From an uncultured Gemmatimonadales bacterium (GTDB taxonomy: Bacteria > Gemmatimonadota > Gemmatimonadetes > Gemmatimonadales > GWC2-71-9): a DNA stretch of 64,000 bases. The notes under the pieces were generated by a model. That model saw only the letters and a list, made by a program, of their open reading frames with translations, did no database searches and was not told the origin of the DNA. This document shows, piece by piece, positions 33,325-42,496 of the stretch; position 1 is the stretch's first letter, and every line of letters starts with the position of its first letter. The position numbers were made by a program, and so were the translations under genes. The stretch is taken from the NCBI GenBank assembly GCA_963748815.1, contig CAVVKJ010000010.1, forward strand, positions 704,001-768,000, read 5' to 3'.

Positions 33325-34331
33325 AGCAGGACGTCGCGGCCGTCGTCAGCCGATTTGTAGATCGCGTCGATCACCCGGTGCAGCGCCAGATGCTCCTCAA
33401 GGTCCGGTGCCTTCGCTTCCCCCCGGATCGCGGCGAGGAAATGGGCCCACTCGGCGCGGTACGACGCCGTGAAGGCGCTCTCGCGCGACGCCGATCCGGT
33501 GGGCGCCACGTCGACCGGCGTGCCGTGCATCTCTTTCCAGACCTTGAGCGGGTTGATGCTCGCGGTGCCCTTGCTGCCCCGGAGGCCGACCCCGAAGCGC
33601 TCGCCCTCGCCAAGGTGGTGCCAGGTCACGTCCACGAAGATGCAGGCCCCGTTCTCGCAGACGACGAAGGCGCTCCCGGCATGTTCCGTGGCACGCTCGC
33701 GTCCCGCTCGGTCCAGGGTGGCGCTGACCCGCACCGGTTTGGGATTGCCCGCGAGCCAGAGGCCGAGGTCGAGGATCGACAGGCCGAGGTCGAGCATGGC
33801 GCCACCCCCCGAGAGGTCGCGCTTCAGCCGCCAGCCGAGCATCGAACGACTGGGCCGGAAGACGTGCCAGCTGCCGCGCACGCTCTCCACGTCGCCCAGT
33901 TCGCCGGTCTGCACGAAGCTGCGGATAATCTGGACGTCCGCCCGGTAGCGATGGTTCATCCCGACCATCACGATTCGGTCCTTCTTGGCGGCGGCGCGCA
34001 CCACCCGCTGGGCGCTCGCGGTGTTGAGCGCGATCGGCTTCTCCACGAGGATGTGCACGCCCGCACGCAGCGCCGCCAGCACATGACCTTCGTGCAGGTG
34101 ATTGGGAGTGCAGATGACGACGGCGTCCAACTCCGAGTGTCCGAGCAGCTCCTCGATGTCGTCGAAGCAATTCTCGATCTTGAACCGGTCGGCGAGGGCG
34201 CGCGCTTTCGGGTAGTCGGCGTCGCAAATGGCCACGACTTCCGCTCCCTTGAGTTTCCGCAGCACCGGCAGGTGCGCCACCTGGGTAATGGCCCCTGCCC
34301 CGACCACGCCGACGCGCAACGTCTCGCTCAT
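33321..34331 (-). CDS. Gfo/Idh/MocA family oxidoreductase
   Basis: GVVGAG, CTPNHLH, VEKP, SGGGAMLDLG. Confidence 0.92.
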   Translation of the reverse strand: MSETLRVGVVGAGAITQVAHLPVLRKLKGAEVVAICDADYPKARALADRFKIENCFDDIEELLGHSELDAVVICTPNHLHEGHVLAALRAGVHILVEKPIALNTASAQRVVRAAAKKDRIVMVGMNHRYRADVQIIRSFVQTGELGDVESVRGSWHVFRPSRSMLGWRLKRDLSGGGAMLDLGLSILDLGLWLAGNPKPVRVSATLDRAGRERATEHAGSAFVVCENGACIFVDVTWHHLGEGERFGVGLRGSKGTASINPLKVWKEMHGTPVDVAPTGSASRESAFTASYRAEWAHFLAAIRGEAKAPDLEEHLALHRVIDAIYKSADDGRDVLL

Positions 34332-34353
34332 CCTCTGCCCCCGGGGTAACCGG

Positions 34354-35703
34354 TCAATTCAGGCGCTCGACTGTGGTGGAAGGATAATATGCCGCGAGGA
34401 TCTGCCCGTACGCCTGCCCTTCCCGCGCCCGCCCCACGGCCCCCCACTGGCAGAACCCGACGCCGTGGCCGGCGCCGCGACCGTCGATGGCCAGCCAGCT
34501 GACGCGGGAGCCGTCCGCCCGCTCCTGGACGTCGAAGGCCGTGCTGCGGAGCATGCCGCCGTCCGGCAGGAGAAAGGCCCGCCGGACTGCCTGGCCCGAG
34601 ACCGACACCTGCCGCCCGTTCAGCTTGAATTCCACCGCCTCGACCCGGCCCGACGGTGTCCGGCGGGACACCGTCACATCCTCGACGCGCGAGACCGACG
34701 ACGCGCTCACGCTGGTCAGGCCCGGCAGGGTGCGACGGAGCATGGCCTCGAGGCTGTCGCCAGAATACTCCTCGCGCCACCGGAAGCGGGGCGAGAAACG
34801 GCAGTACGCCTGGCCATTGGGATCGAGATCGGAGACCGACTTGAGGTAGGGATCCCCCGCGAGCTGGAAGACGGCGGCGCCCGATTCCGTCCGCCCGCCG
34901 CAGGTCGAATAGAAGAAGGCATCGATGGGCTGGCCCTTCCACGTCACGATTTCCGCCCTGGTGGCGCGGACCGCATCCCAGCTCTGCGCCGTCTCGGCGC
35001 CGACCCCGCCGTAGACCTGGTCCGCCACCGTACCATAGAGATCGAAACCGAGGGCGCGGCGCTTCCCCTGGTTCCGGATGGCATAGGTGCGCGAAATGAC
35101 CGCCTGCGCGTACATCGCCTGCACCTCGGTCGGATCCCGGCGGCCCATCTCCGCCGAGAGCACGCCAGCAAGGTAGGACTCGAGGCCCAGGCGGTTGACC
35201 ACCGTGAGTCCGCCCGGTCCGGTGATGACGGACACCTCGCCACGGTAGTCGCGGCCGTCGATCTGCACGAACTGGCCCGGATGCAGCGGCGTGATGACGA
35301 TGGCGTCCACCCGGCCGCCGTTGAGGTTGCCTGGACCGGTGAGGGTCATCGCCGACCCGGCCGGGCGCACGCGCCACGGGGCACCCTCGATCACGTCCAG
35401 CACGCGGACGCCGGCCGGATTGGTGACGACCAGCGGGCCGCCTCCCCCGATCGTGACCTCGGACGCACCGACGGCGAGCCCGATCCGCAGGTCCGAGGTG
35501 CTGACGACCGTGTCAGGCGGCAAGGGGGCGGCCGCGGGCCCGCCCGGGCCCGAGTCAACGACCGGACGGGCGGGCGGCCGGGCCGCTTCCGAGGGCGGCG
35601 CCTCGGGAGCCGGGAGAGCCGTCGGCTGGGTCGGCTGGCACGACGCAACCGCCACGGCGGCGGCGGCGGCGAGGAGGGACACCGGCGTGAACCGCACGGT
35701 CAT
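34354..35703 (-). CDS. SpoIID/LytB domain lipoprotein (lytic transglycosylase-like)
   Basis: Lipobox VASC; LESYLAGVLSAEM, AQAVISRTYA, DQVY, GHGVGFCQWGA. Confidence 0.9.
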   Translation of the reverse strand: MTVRFTPVSLLAAAAAVAVASCQPTQPTALPAPEAPPSEAARPPARPVVDSGPGGPAAAPLPPDTVVSTSDLRIGLAVGASEVTIGGGGPLVVTNPAGVRVLDVIEGAPWRVRPAGSAMTLTGPGNLNGGRVDAIVITPLHPGQFVQIDGRDYRGEVSVITGPGGLTVVNRLGLESYLAGVLSAEMGRRDPTEVQAMYAQAVISRTYAIRNQGKRRALGFDLYGTVADQVYGGVGAETAQSWDAVRATRAEIVTWKGQPIDAFFYSTCGGRTESGAAVFQLAGDPYLKSVSDLDPNGQAYCRFSPRFRWREEYSGDSLEAMLRRTLPGLTSVSASSVSRVEDVTVSRRTPSGRVEAVEFKLNGRQVSVSGQAVRRAFLLPDGGMLRSTAFDVQERADGSRVSWLAIDGRGAGHGVGFCQWGAVGRAREGQAYGQILAAYYPSTTVERLN

Positions 35704-36206
35704 CCGCGGTAGTTCCCGAAGGTGAGTTCGATTTCGAAGTCCTCGGCACGCAGGAAGGCCATGACCGCCTGCAGCTCGTCGCGAGACGGGCTGGTGACGC
35801 GGATCTCGTCCCCCTGGATGCTGGCGGTGACCTTCTTGAAGGACTTGTTGTCCTTGATCGCCTTGGTGATCCGCTTGGCGACGTCGCTCGCGATGCCCTG
35901 CGTGAGGGTCACGGTGCAGCGCACCGAACTGCCGGTGGCGGACTCGAAGTCGCTGGTGGCCATGTTCTTGACCGGCACGCCACGCTTGATGAGCCGGCCC
36001 TGGAGCACGTCGAGCAGGCTCTTCATTCGGAAGTCGTCATCAGCGGCGAGCCGGATTTCCGCCTTCTCGCGGTCGAATTCAATGGTGCAGTGCGTTCCCT
36101 TGAAATCGTACCGCTGCTGGATCTCCTTCAGCGCCTGGTTGACCGCGTTGTCGACCTCTTGCAGGTCGGCGCCGGTGGAAATGTCGAAGGAGGAGTTGGA
36201 TGCCAT
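35700..36206 (-). CDS. yajQ: YajQ family nucleotide/c-di-GMP-binding protein
   Basis: SFDIS, EVDNAVNQ, RYDFKG, IQGDEIRVT, FGNYR. Confidence 0.94.
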   Translation of the reverse strand: MASNSSFDISTGADLQEVDNAVNQALKEIQQRYDFKGTHCTIEFDREKAEIRLAADDDFRMKSLLDVLQGRLIKRGVPVKNMATSDFESATGSSVRCTVTLTQGIASDVAKRITKAIKDNKSFKKVTASIQGDEIRVTSPSRDELQAVMAFLRAEDFEIELTFGNYRG

Positions 36207-36225
36207 GGATGTGAGCCGGGAAGAA

Positions 36226-36249
36226 AGGACTGAGGACTGAGGACTGAGG
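36226..36249. repeat. AGGACTG heptamer tandem repeat x3
   Basis: AGGACTG AGGACTG AGGACTG AGG in the sigma-yajQ intergenic region. Confidence 0.75.
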
Positions 36250-36271
36250 GCCGTGCGGCCGAGGCCAGGCA

Positions 36272-37141
36272 CTAACTTAGGAAGCTCTCCAGCGAGCGGG
36301 CGCGGCTGACGTGCCGCAGGCGGCTCAGCGCCTTTTCCTTGATCTGGCGGACGCGCTCCCGGGTGATGCCGAGCAGGCTGCCGATCTCCTCGAGGGTCAT
36401 CTGCTCGGGGCCGTCCAGGCCGAAGTAGAGCCGGAGGATCTTCGCTTCGCGCTCCTTAAGGGTGGACAGCACCTCCTCGATCCCCTCCGTCAGCGCATGC
36501 TCGAACGTCTCGCTGTCGGACCCGGCGTTCTGGGTGTCAGGCAGGTAGTCGAGGAGGCGGTTGTCCTCCCCCGGTGTCATGGGCGCATCGAGGGACAGGT
36601 GCGCCTGGCTGATGGAGAGGGTCTTCTGGACCTCCTCCATCGAGATGTCCATTCCCTCGGCGATCTCGGCCGGCGTCGGCTCCCGCCCGAGTTCCTGCAG
36701 CAGCATCGAGGTCTTCTTCCCGATGCGGTGCAGCGTGCCGGCGCGGTTGAGCGGAACCCGCACGATCCGGCTCTGCTCGGCGAGGGCCTGCAGGATGGCC
36801 TGCCGGATCCACCAGACCGCGTAGGAGATGAACTTGATCCCCTTCGTCTCGTCGAACTTGTGGGCGGCGCGGATCAGGCCGAGGTTGCCCTCGTTGATCA
36901 GGTCCGCGAGGCTCACGCCCTGGTTCTGGTATTTCTTGGCGACCGAGACGACGAAACGGAGATTGCTGCGGACCAGCTTGTCGAGCGACTCCGCGTCGCC
37001 ACGGCGGATTCCCTGCGCAAGCGTGACCTCCTCCGTCTGCGGGATCAGCGGGTACCGGCTGATCTCGCGGAGGTACTGGTCGAGTGACCCCTCGTCTGAA
37101 GTGGGGCCGCGTCGGGTGGAACCGACTTGCAATGGGCGCAT
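36272..37141 (-). CDS. RpoD/SigA-family sigma-70 factor, short form lacking region 1.1
   Basis: SLDQYLREI, NLRFVVSVAKKY, YAVWWIRQAIL, TRERVRQI. Confidence 0.94.
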   Translation of the reverse strand: MRPLQVGSTRRGPTSDEGSLDQYLREISRYPLIPQTEEVTLAQGIRRGDAESLDKLVRSNLRFVVSVAKKYQNQGVSLADLINEGNLGLIRAAHKFDETKGIKFISYAVWWIRQAILQALAEQSRIVRVPLNRAGTLHRIGKKTSMLLQELGREPTPAEIAEGMDISMEEVQKTLSISQAHLSLDAPMTPGEDNRLLDYLPDTQNAGSDSETFEHALTEGIEEVLSTLKEREAKILRLYFGLDGPEQMTLEEIGSLLGITRERVRQIKEKALSRLRHVSRARSLESFLS

Positions 37142-37214
37142 GCGCGGGAACCTCTGGTGGGCGAACCGCTACGTTCGAACCTTAGCGGCCGCCCCGTGAC
37201 GGCGCAACCGGGCC

Positions 37215-38707
37215 TCAATCATCGTAGTTGTCGATCTGCGCCCGCTGCAGCGTGCCGCAGTAGTCGACGTAGCCGACCTTCGTCTCCGAGTAGAACTCGT
37301 ACACTTCCCAGCCGCCTTCGCGGTGCCCGTTGCCGGTCTGCCTTGACGCCGCCGAAGGGGAGGTGCGCCTCGGCCCCGATGGTCGGGGCGTTGACGTAGG
37401 AGATCCCGTTGTCGAGCTCCTGCAGCGCGCGGAACGCCCTGGTTGACGTCCTGCGTGTAGATCGAGCTCGAGAGCCCGTACTTGACGCCGTTGTTGACCC
37501 GGATGGCCTCGTCGAGGCTGCGGACCTGGATGACGCTCAGCACCGGGCCGAAGATCTCCTCCTGGGCCAGCCGCATCGACGGCTTCACGCCGGCGAAGAT
37601 CGTCGGGCGGTAGAAGAAGCCGTGCCCCAGTCGCTCGCCCCCGGGCTTCTTGCCGCCGGTGAGCAGTTCCGCGCCCTCTTCCTGCCCGATCTCCACATAC
37701 GACTCCACCTTCTGTCGCGAGCGCTCGTGAATGAGCGGGCCCACGTCGTAGCCGTCGCGCCCGTCACCCAGGCGCAGCGACTCCGCGGCGTCCACGAGCT
37801 TCCGCAGGAACCTGTCGTGGATCTTCTTGTGCAGGATCAGGCGGCTGGTCGCGGTGCACCGCTGGCCGGTGGTGCCGAACGCCCCCCAGAGCACGCCGTC
37901 CAGCGCCAGGTCGAGGTCGGCGTCGTCCATCACGATCTGCGCGTTCTTGCCGCCCATTTCCAGCGACAGGCGCTTGTGCATCCGGCCGCACGTCTCACCG
38001 ATGAACGACCCGGTGTCGGTGGAACCGGTGAACGAGATGACCGGCACGTCGGGATGCTCCACGAGCGCCTTGCCCGCGGTGGCGCCCCGCCCATGCACCA
38101 GCTGGATGACCTCGGGGGGCAGTCCCGCCTCGAGCAGCAGCTCCACCAGCCGGTGCGAGGTGTGCGGCACGTCCTCGGACGGCTTGAGGATGACCGCGTT
38201 TCCGCACACCAGCGCCGGGAACATCTTCCAGGTCGGGATGGCCAGCGGGAAGTTGAACGGCGTAATGAGTCCGGCCACCCCGATCGGCCGGCGGAAGCTC
38301 ATGGCCCACTTGTCCCGGAGCTCCGACGGCACCGTGTGGCCGAAGAGGCGACGCCCCTCGGTCGCGGCGTAGTAGGCGGTGTCGATGCCCTCCTGCACGT
38401 CGCCGCGCGTCTCGGCGAGCACCTTGCCCATTTCGCGGGTCATCCCGTCGGCGAGCTCCTCCTTGTGCGTCGAGAGGAGGTCACCGAGGCGGCGGAGGAC
38501 GTCGCCGCGCGCCGGCGCCGGCGTCCGCCGCCAGATCTCGAAGCCCCGCTGCGCGGAGCGCACGGCAGCCTTGATGTCCGCGGGGCCCGAATCCGGGAAT
38601 CGACCGATCAGGTCGCGGGTGTCGGCGGGATTACGGTTCTCGAACCAGGTCCCGGTGGTCGGGGTGACCCACTTGCCGTCGATGAAGTTCTTGAAAGTCT
38701 TTGGCAT
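37215..38707 (-). CDS. Aldehyde dehydrogenase; two +1 frameshifts (near 37438 and 37341) as assembled
   Basis: [28 protein letters not shown]; removing the extra bases restores [16 protein letters not shown]...IDNYDD-stop. Confidence 0.9.
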
Positions 38708-38744
38708 CAGGCTTTCAGGTGTTCAGAGTGGACGGATCGTGCGG

Positions 38745-39193
38745 CTACTCGCACATCCAGGGAAGCAGCGTCGCGGCGTAACCGAGCCGCGGAAGGAGGA
38801 CGGTCGCGACGAGGGCGAGACCGCCGAGGAACACCGCAAGGCCGGCGAGGTGCGCCCAACCCTGCCGGCGGTGCCAGCTGACCAGCATCGTCCAGCCGCC
38901 CGCCACGGCCACCATCCCCGCCGAGCCGAGATAGAGCATCAGCCCGAGCCGCAGCGGTGGGCATACGGCCACTGGAGGACCGCGGCGGCGACAAGGATGC
39001 CGAGGCCGGCACGGACCCAGGTGGTCAGGGCCGCCCGCCTCCCGATCGTTGGCCGGGCGACGGCGGCCGCGGCGGGCACGCCCCCGCCCCGTGGAGCCGG
39101 CACCCCCGCCCCTGCCGGCGCGGAGCCGCCCTTGGCCATCACCTTGTCGATGGCGGCGAGTTCCTTGTCCCAGTCCCGGGGTCCGTCGCTCAT
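38745..39193 (-). CDS. Hypothetical membrane protein; 1-nt deletion near 38948 as assembled
   Basis: MSDGPRDWDKELAAIDK...WPYAHRCG joins LGLMLYL...LPRLGYA...WMCE if one base is added. Confidence 0.65.
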
Positions 39194-40572
39194 GAGAGCT
39201 CCCGCGTCAGGCCGTACCGCTCGATCTTCTTGTAGAGATTCGACCGCGGCATGTCGAGCGCCCGCGCGGTCTCCGAGACATTCCAGTCGTGCTGACGCAG
39301 CTTGGCCTCGAGGAACACCCGCTCGGCCTCCAGCTTGAACGCCTCGAACGTCGGCGCGGAGAAGGGATCGTCGGCGCCATGACTTGCCGGGGTCGTGGCC
39401 TCGCCGCTGCCGGAGAGAATCCGGTCGACGTCGGCGGCGGTCACGGACTTGCCGGCCGCAAGGATCATCAGTCGTTCGACCGCATTCCGCAACTCGCGGA
39501 CGTTGCCCTGCCAGCCGCGGCGCTGGAGGCGTTCGACAGCGCCCGCCTCGAACTGGCGGGCCGGCACGCCGGCGGCCGCGGCGATGGACGCCGCGAAGTG
39601 GCCCACGAGGTCGGGGATGTCGCCGGCGCGCTCGCGCAACGGCGGGACCACGATCGGCACCACGTTCAGTCGGTAGAGCAGGTCTTCGCGGAACCGCCCC
39701 GCCGCGATCTCGGCTTCCAGATCCTTGTTGGTGGCCGCCAGCACCCGCACGTCCACGTGCGCCGACTTGGTGCCGCCGACCCGAGTGACCTCGCCCTCCT
39801 GCAGGGCGCGCAGCATCTTGGCCTGCGCCGCCAGCGACAGGTCGCCGATCTCGTCGAGAAAGAGGGTCCCGCCGTCGGCCAGCTCGAACTTGCCCGGGCG
39901 ATCGGCGAATGCGCCGGTGAACGACCCCTTCATGTGCCCGAAGAGCTCGCTCTCGATCAGTTCGCTCGGAATCGCGGCGCAGTTGACCTCGATGAACGGC
40001 CCCTGGCGTCTCGGACTCGCCGCGTGGATCGCACGGGCCACCAGCTCCTTGCCGCTCCCGTTTTCCCCGGTGATCAGCACCCGGGCCGCGGTCGGCCCCA
40101 CCTTGTCGATCAGCGCCCGCACTCCCCGCAGGGCCGGGCTGGTGCCCACCATCGCGTGCGCCTCGTCCACGGCGCGCTTGAACCGCTGGTTCTCGTGGGT
40201 CAGCACCACCTGGTTCAGCGCGTTGCGCACCGTGACCAGCAGGCGGTCGCTGTCGAGCGGCTTCTCCAGGAAGTCGAACGCCCCCCGCTGGGTGGCCTCG
40301 ACGGCGGTCGAGATGGTGCCGTGCCCGGAGATCATGACCACCGTGGCGCCGGGGTCGAGCTCGCGCAGGCGGGTGAGCGTGTCGAGTCCGTCGAGCCCGG
40401 CCATCTTGACGTCGAGGAATACGAGGTGCGGCCGGAACTCGGGATAGACGGTCAGCCCCTCACCGCCGGAACCGGCCACGCGGACGTCGTGTCCTTCGTA
40501 GGCCAGCACCTGCTTCAGGGCGTCGCGGACGCCGGCTTCGTCGTCAATGACGAGAATGCGATGCGCGGTCAT
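39190..40572 (-). CDS. Sigma-54-dependent response regulator (NtrC/NtrX family)
   Basis: Receiver LVIDDE...DVKM; GENGSGKE; ESELFGH, GSFTGA; GNVRELRN; C-terminal HTH. Confidence 0.94.
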   Translation of the reverse strand: MTAHRILVIDDEAGVRDALKQVLAYEGHDVRVAGSGGEGLTVYPEFRPHLVFLDVKMAGLDGLDTLTRLRELDPGATVVMISGHGTISTAVEATQRGAFDFLEKPLDSDRLLVTVRNALNQVVLTHENQRFKRAVDEAHAMVGTSPALRGVRALIDKVGPTAARVLITGENGSGKELVARAIHAASPRRQGPFIEVNCAAIPSELIESELFGHMKGSFTGAFADRPGKFELADGGTLFLDEIGDLSLAAQAKMLRALQEGEVTRVGGTKSAHVDVRVLAATNKDLEAEIAAGRFREDLLYRLNVVPIVVPPLRERAGDIPDLVGHFAASIAAAAGVPARQFEAGAVERLQRRGWQGNVRELRNAVERLMILAAGKSVTAADVDRILSGSGEATTPASHGADDPFSAPTFEAFKLEAERVFLEAKLRQHDWNVSETARALDMPRSNLYKKIERYGLTRELS

Positions 40573-41219
40573 GGCTGCTGGCTCGAAGGATACAAGGTCA
40601 CCCCATCCGGGTGTACCCGGACGCGGCCAATCCCAACCGGAATCGTGATCACCAGCACGCTGTCCCGCCGGTCGCCGGCTACCAGCCCGACCATGCGAGG
40701 CACCATCTCACGGGGAAACTCGAAGTCGCGCACCTGGAACGCGTCCAGTCGCCACTCGGCGCGCCCCGGGCCCGTCACCTGGACCGGCCCCGCGCCCCGA
40801 ATCGGCTCCCGCTCCTGGAAGGCGCCGGCCAGGGGCCCCAACACCTCGCGCGGGAGTCCCGCCGTCCGGATCTTCCCGGCCACGGCAATCCGACCCTCGC
40901 CCAGTGTCACGGCCAGAGAGTCGAGCTCGGCGCGGACCCGCGGATCAAGTCCGGCGCCAACCAGCGAGGCCATCTCCGCCGCGCTCAGCGTGACTGAATC
41001 GGCACGCCAGCCGTTCAGGCTGTCGATCTTGGCCGTCGCCATCTGGAGGGCGGACTCGCCGGGACGACCCGTGGCGCCGACCGCCGTCGCGGCCGGCCGG
41101 TCGGTCAGGCGATTCCAGTACGGCGCGATCCGATCCCGTTCCCGCCACGCCAGGTAGATCACGGCCCCCACGATGAGGAGACCGAGCAGTCGAAATGGAA
41201 GCGAGAGGCATCCGAGCAT
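40569..41219 (-). CDS. Hypothetical membrane-anchored protein
   Basis: N-terminal TM helix; tightly packed between larE and the response regulator. Confidence 0.7.
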   Translation of the reverse strand: MLGCLSLPFRLLGLLIVGAVIYLAWRERDRIAPYWNRLTDRPAATAVGATGRPGESALQMATAKIDSLNGWRADSVTLSAAEMASLVGAGLDPRVRAELDSLAVTLGEGRIAVAGKIRTAGLPREVLGPLAGAFQEREPIRGAGPVQVTGPGRAEWRLDAFQVRDFEFPREMVPRMVGLVAGDRRDSVLVITIPVGIGRVRVHPDGVTLYPSSQQP

Positions 41220-42032
41220 TCAGGGTCGCCGAGACGCGGAAGCGATGGGGAGCAGGCTCCCCCGCCGGTAGCCCTGCGGATCGAGCACCGCCGCCGCGAA
41301 TCCCAGCGCGATGAGCCCTGCCGACACCTCGTCCCACCGTGATTCCACCAGCGGCCGCTCCGCCGCACCCACTTCCACCCGTGCGGTGTCTCCGAGATGC
41401 CGAACCCGCACGTCGCCGCGCACCCCGCACTGACGGATCAGCGCTTCGGCGAGTTCCACCTGGCGGAGCCGTTCGGCGGTGACTGGGAGTCCAAAGCGGA
41501 TTCGGCTGGACAGGCAGGGCGCCGCCGGGGCGTCCCAGGTGGGGAGGCCGAGCGCGCGCGCGGCCGCGCGGACATCGGCCTTGGTCCAGCCGAGTTCCAC
41601 GAACGGCGAGTGCACCCGGCGCGCCGCCCCGGCCGCCGCGCCCGGGCGGTGCTCGTTCAGGTCGTCCGCATTGGTGCCGTCGAGCAGGAACTCGAAGCCG
41701 CGATCCGCGGCGACCGCCCCGAGCACCCGCCAGAGCTCCGATTTGCAGAAGAAGCACCGGTTGAGCGGATTCGCGACGTACTCGGGATCGGCCAGTTCGG
41801 CGGTGTCCACCTCGAGCAGCGGCACGTCGAAGCGCGCCGCCAGGTCGATCGCGGTTTGCCACTGGACCGCCGGATACGACGCGCTCCGCCCGATGACCGC
41901 CAGGAATCGCGCGGGGCCAAGCGCCCGCGCCCCGACAACCGCCAGCACGGCGGAATCGACGCCGCCGGAATATCCCAGCACCGCACCCGAGAGGGCGCCC
42001 AGATGTGACTCGAGCCGGTCGATGGTGGCCAT
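41220..42032 (-). CDS. larE: ATP-dependent sacrificial sulfur transferase LarE family
   Basis: YSGGVDS PP-loop, NRCFFCKSEL, DGTNADD, RPG, PCLSSR. Confidence 0.9.
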   Translation of the reverse strand: MATIDRLESHLGALSGAVLGYSGGVDSAVLAVVGARALGPARFLAVIGRSASYPAVQWQTAIDLAARFDVPLLEVDTAELADPEYVANPLNRCFFCKSELWRVLGAVAADRGFEFLLDGTNADDLNEHRPGAAAGAARRVHSPFVELGWTKADVRAAARALGLPTWDAPAAPCLSSRIRFGLPVTAERLRQVELAEALIRQCGVRGDVRVRHLGDTARVEVGAAERPLVESRWDEVSAGLIALGFAAAVLDPQGYRRGSLLPIASASRRP

Positions 42033-42061
42033 GGAGGAAAAGTAGCGGATATCTTTCGGGC
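42033..42061. promoter_or_regulatory. Bidirectional leaderless promoter for larE and arfB
   Basis: Plus strand TATCTT (42050-55) is 6 nt before the arfB ATG; minus strand TACTTT (42044-39) is 6 nt before the larE ATG. Confidence 0.65.
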
Positions 42062-42469
42062 ATGCCCGCACCCATCCCAGCCCACGAACTGACCTTCAAG
42101 GCCACCAAGGCGGGGGGCCCGGGCGGCCAGCACGTCAACACCTCGTCGACCCGCGTTGAGCTCTGGTGGAACGCGCTTGGCTCCCCCAGCCTCACAGAGA
42201 CGGAGCGCGTCCGCCTCCTGGCCGCCTTGGGACATCGCCTCGATGGCGAGGGCTGGCTTCGACTCGTCTCCGCGGGCACCCGAAGCCAGCTCAAGAACCG
42301 CGAGGCGGTGACCACCCGGTTCCACCAGCTCATCGCCGAGGCGCTGGTGCCACCCAAGCTCCGCCGCAAGACCCGGCCCCCCCGGTCGGCGGGAGAGAAT
42401 CGCCTCAAGGCAAAGAAACGGCGCTCCGCCACGAAGGCGAAGCGCCGTGCGCCCCCCCGGGACGACTGA
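42062..42469 (+). CDS. arfB: Alternative ribosome rescue factor B
   Basis: GGPGGQHVN, RSQLKNRE, basic tail RLKAKKRRS. Confidence 0.93.
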   Translation: MPAPIPAHELTFKATKAGGPGGQHVNTSSTRVELWWNALGSPSLTETERVRLLAALGHRLDGEGWLRLVSAGTRSQLKNREAVTTRFHQLIAEALVPPKLRRKTRPPRSAGENRLKAKKRRSATKAKRRAPPRDD

Positions 42470-42496
42470 GTCCCGAAGCGCGATTTCTCCTGCCTG

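Noticed and set aside
34354..35703. SpoIID as evidence of sporulation
   Set aside because: SpoIID/LytB domains are widespread in non-sporulating diderms, and no other spo genes are present.
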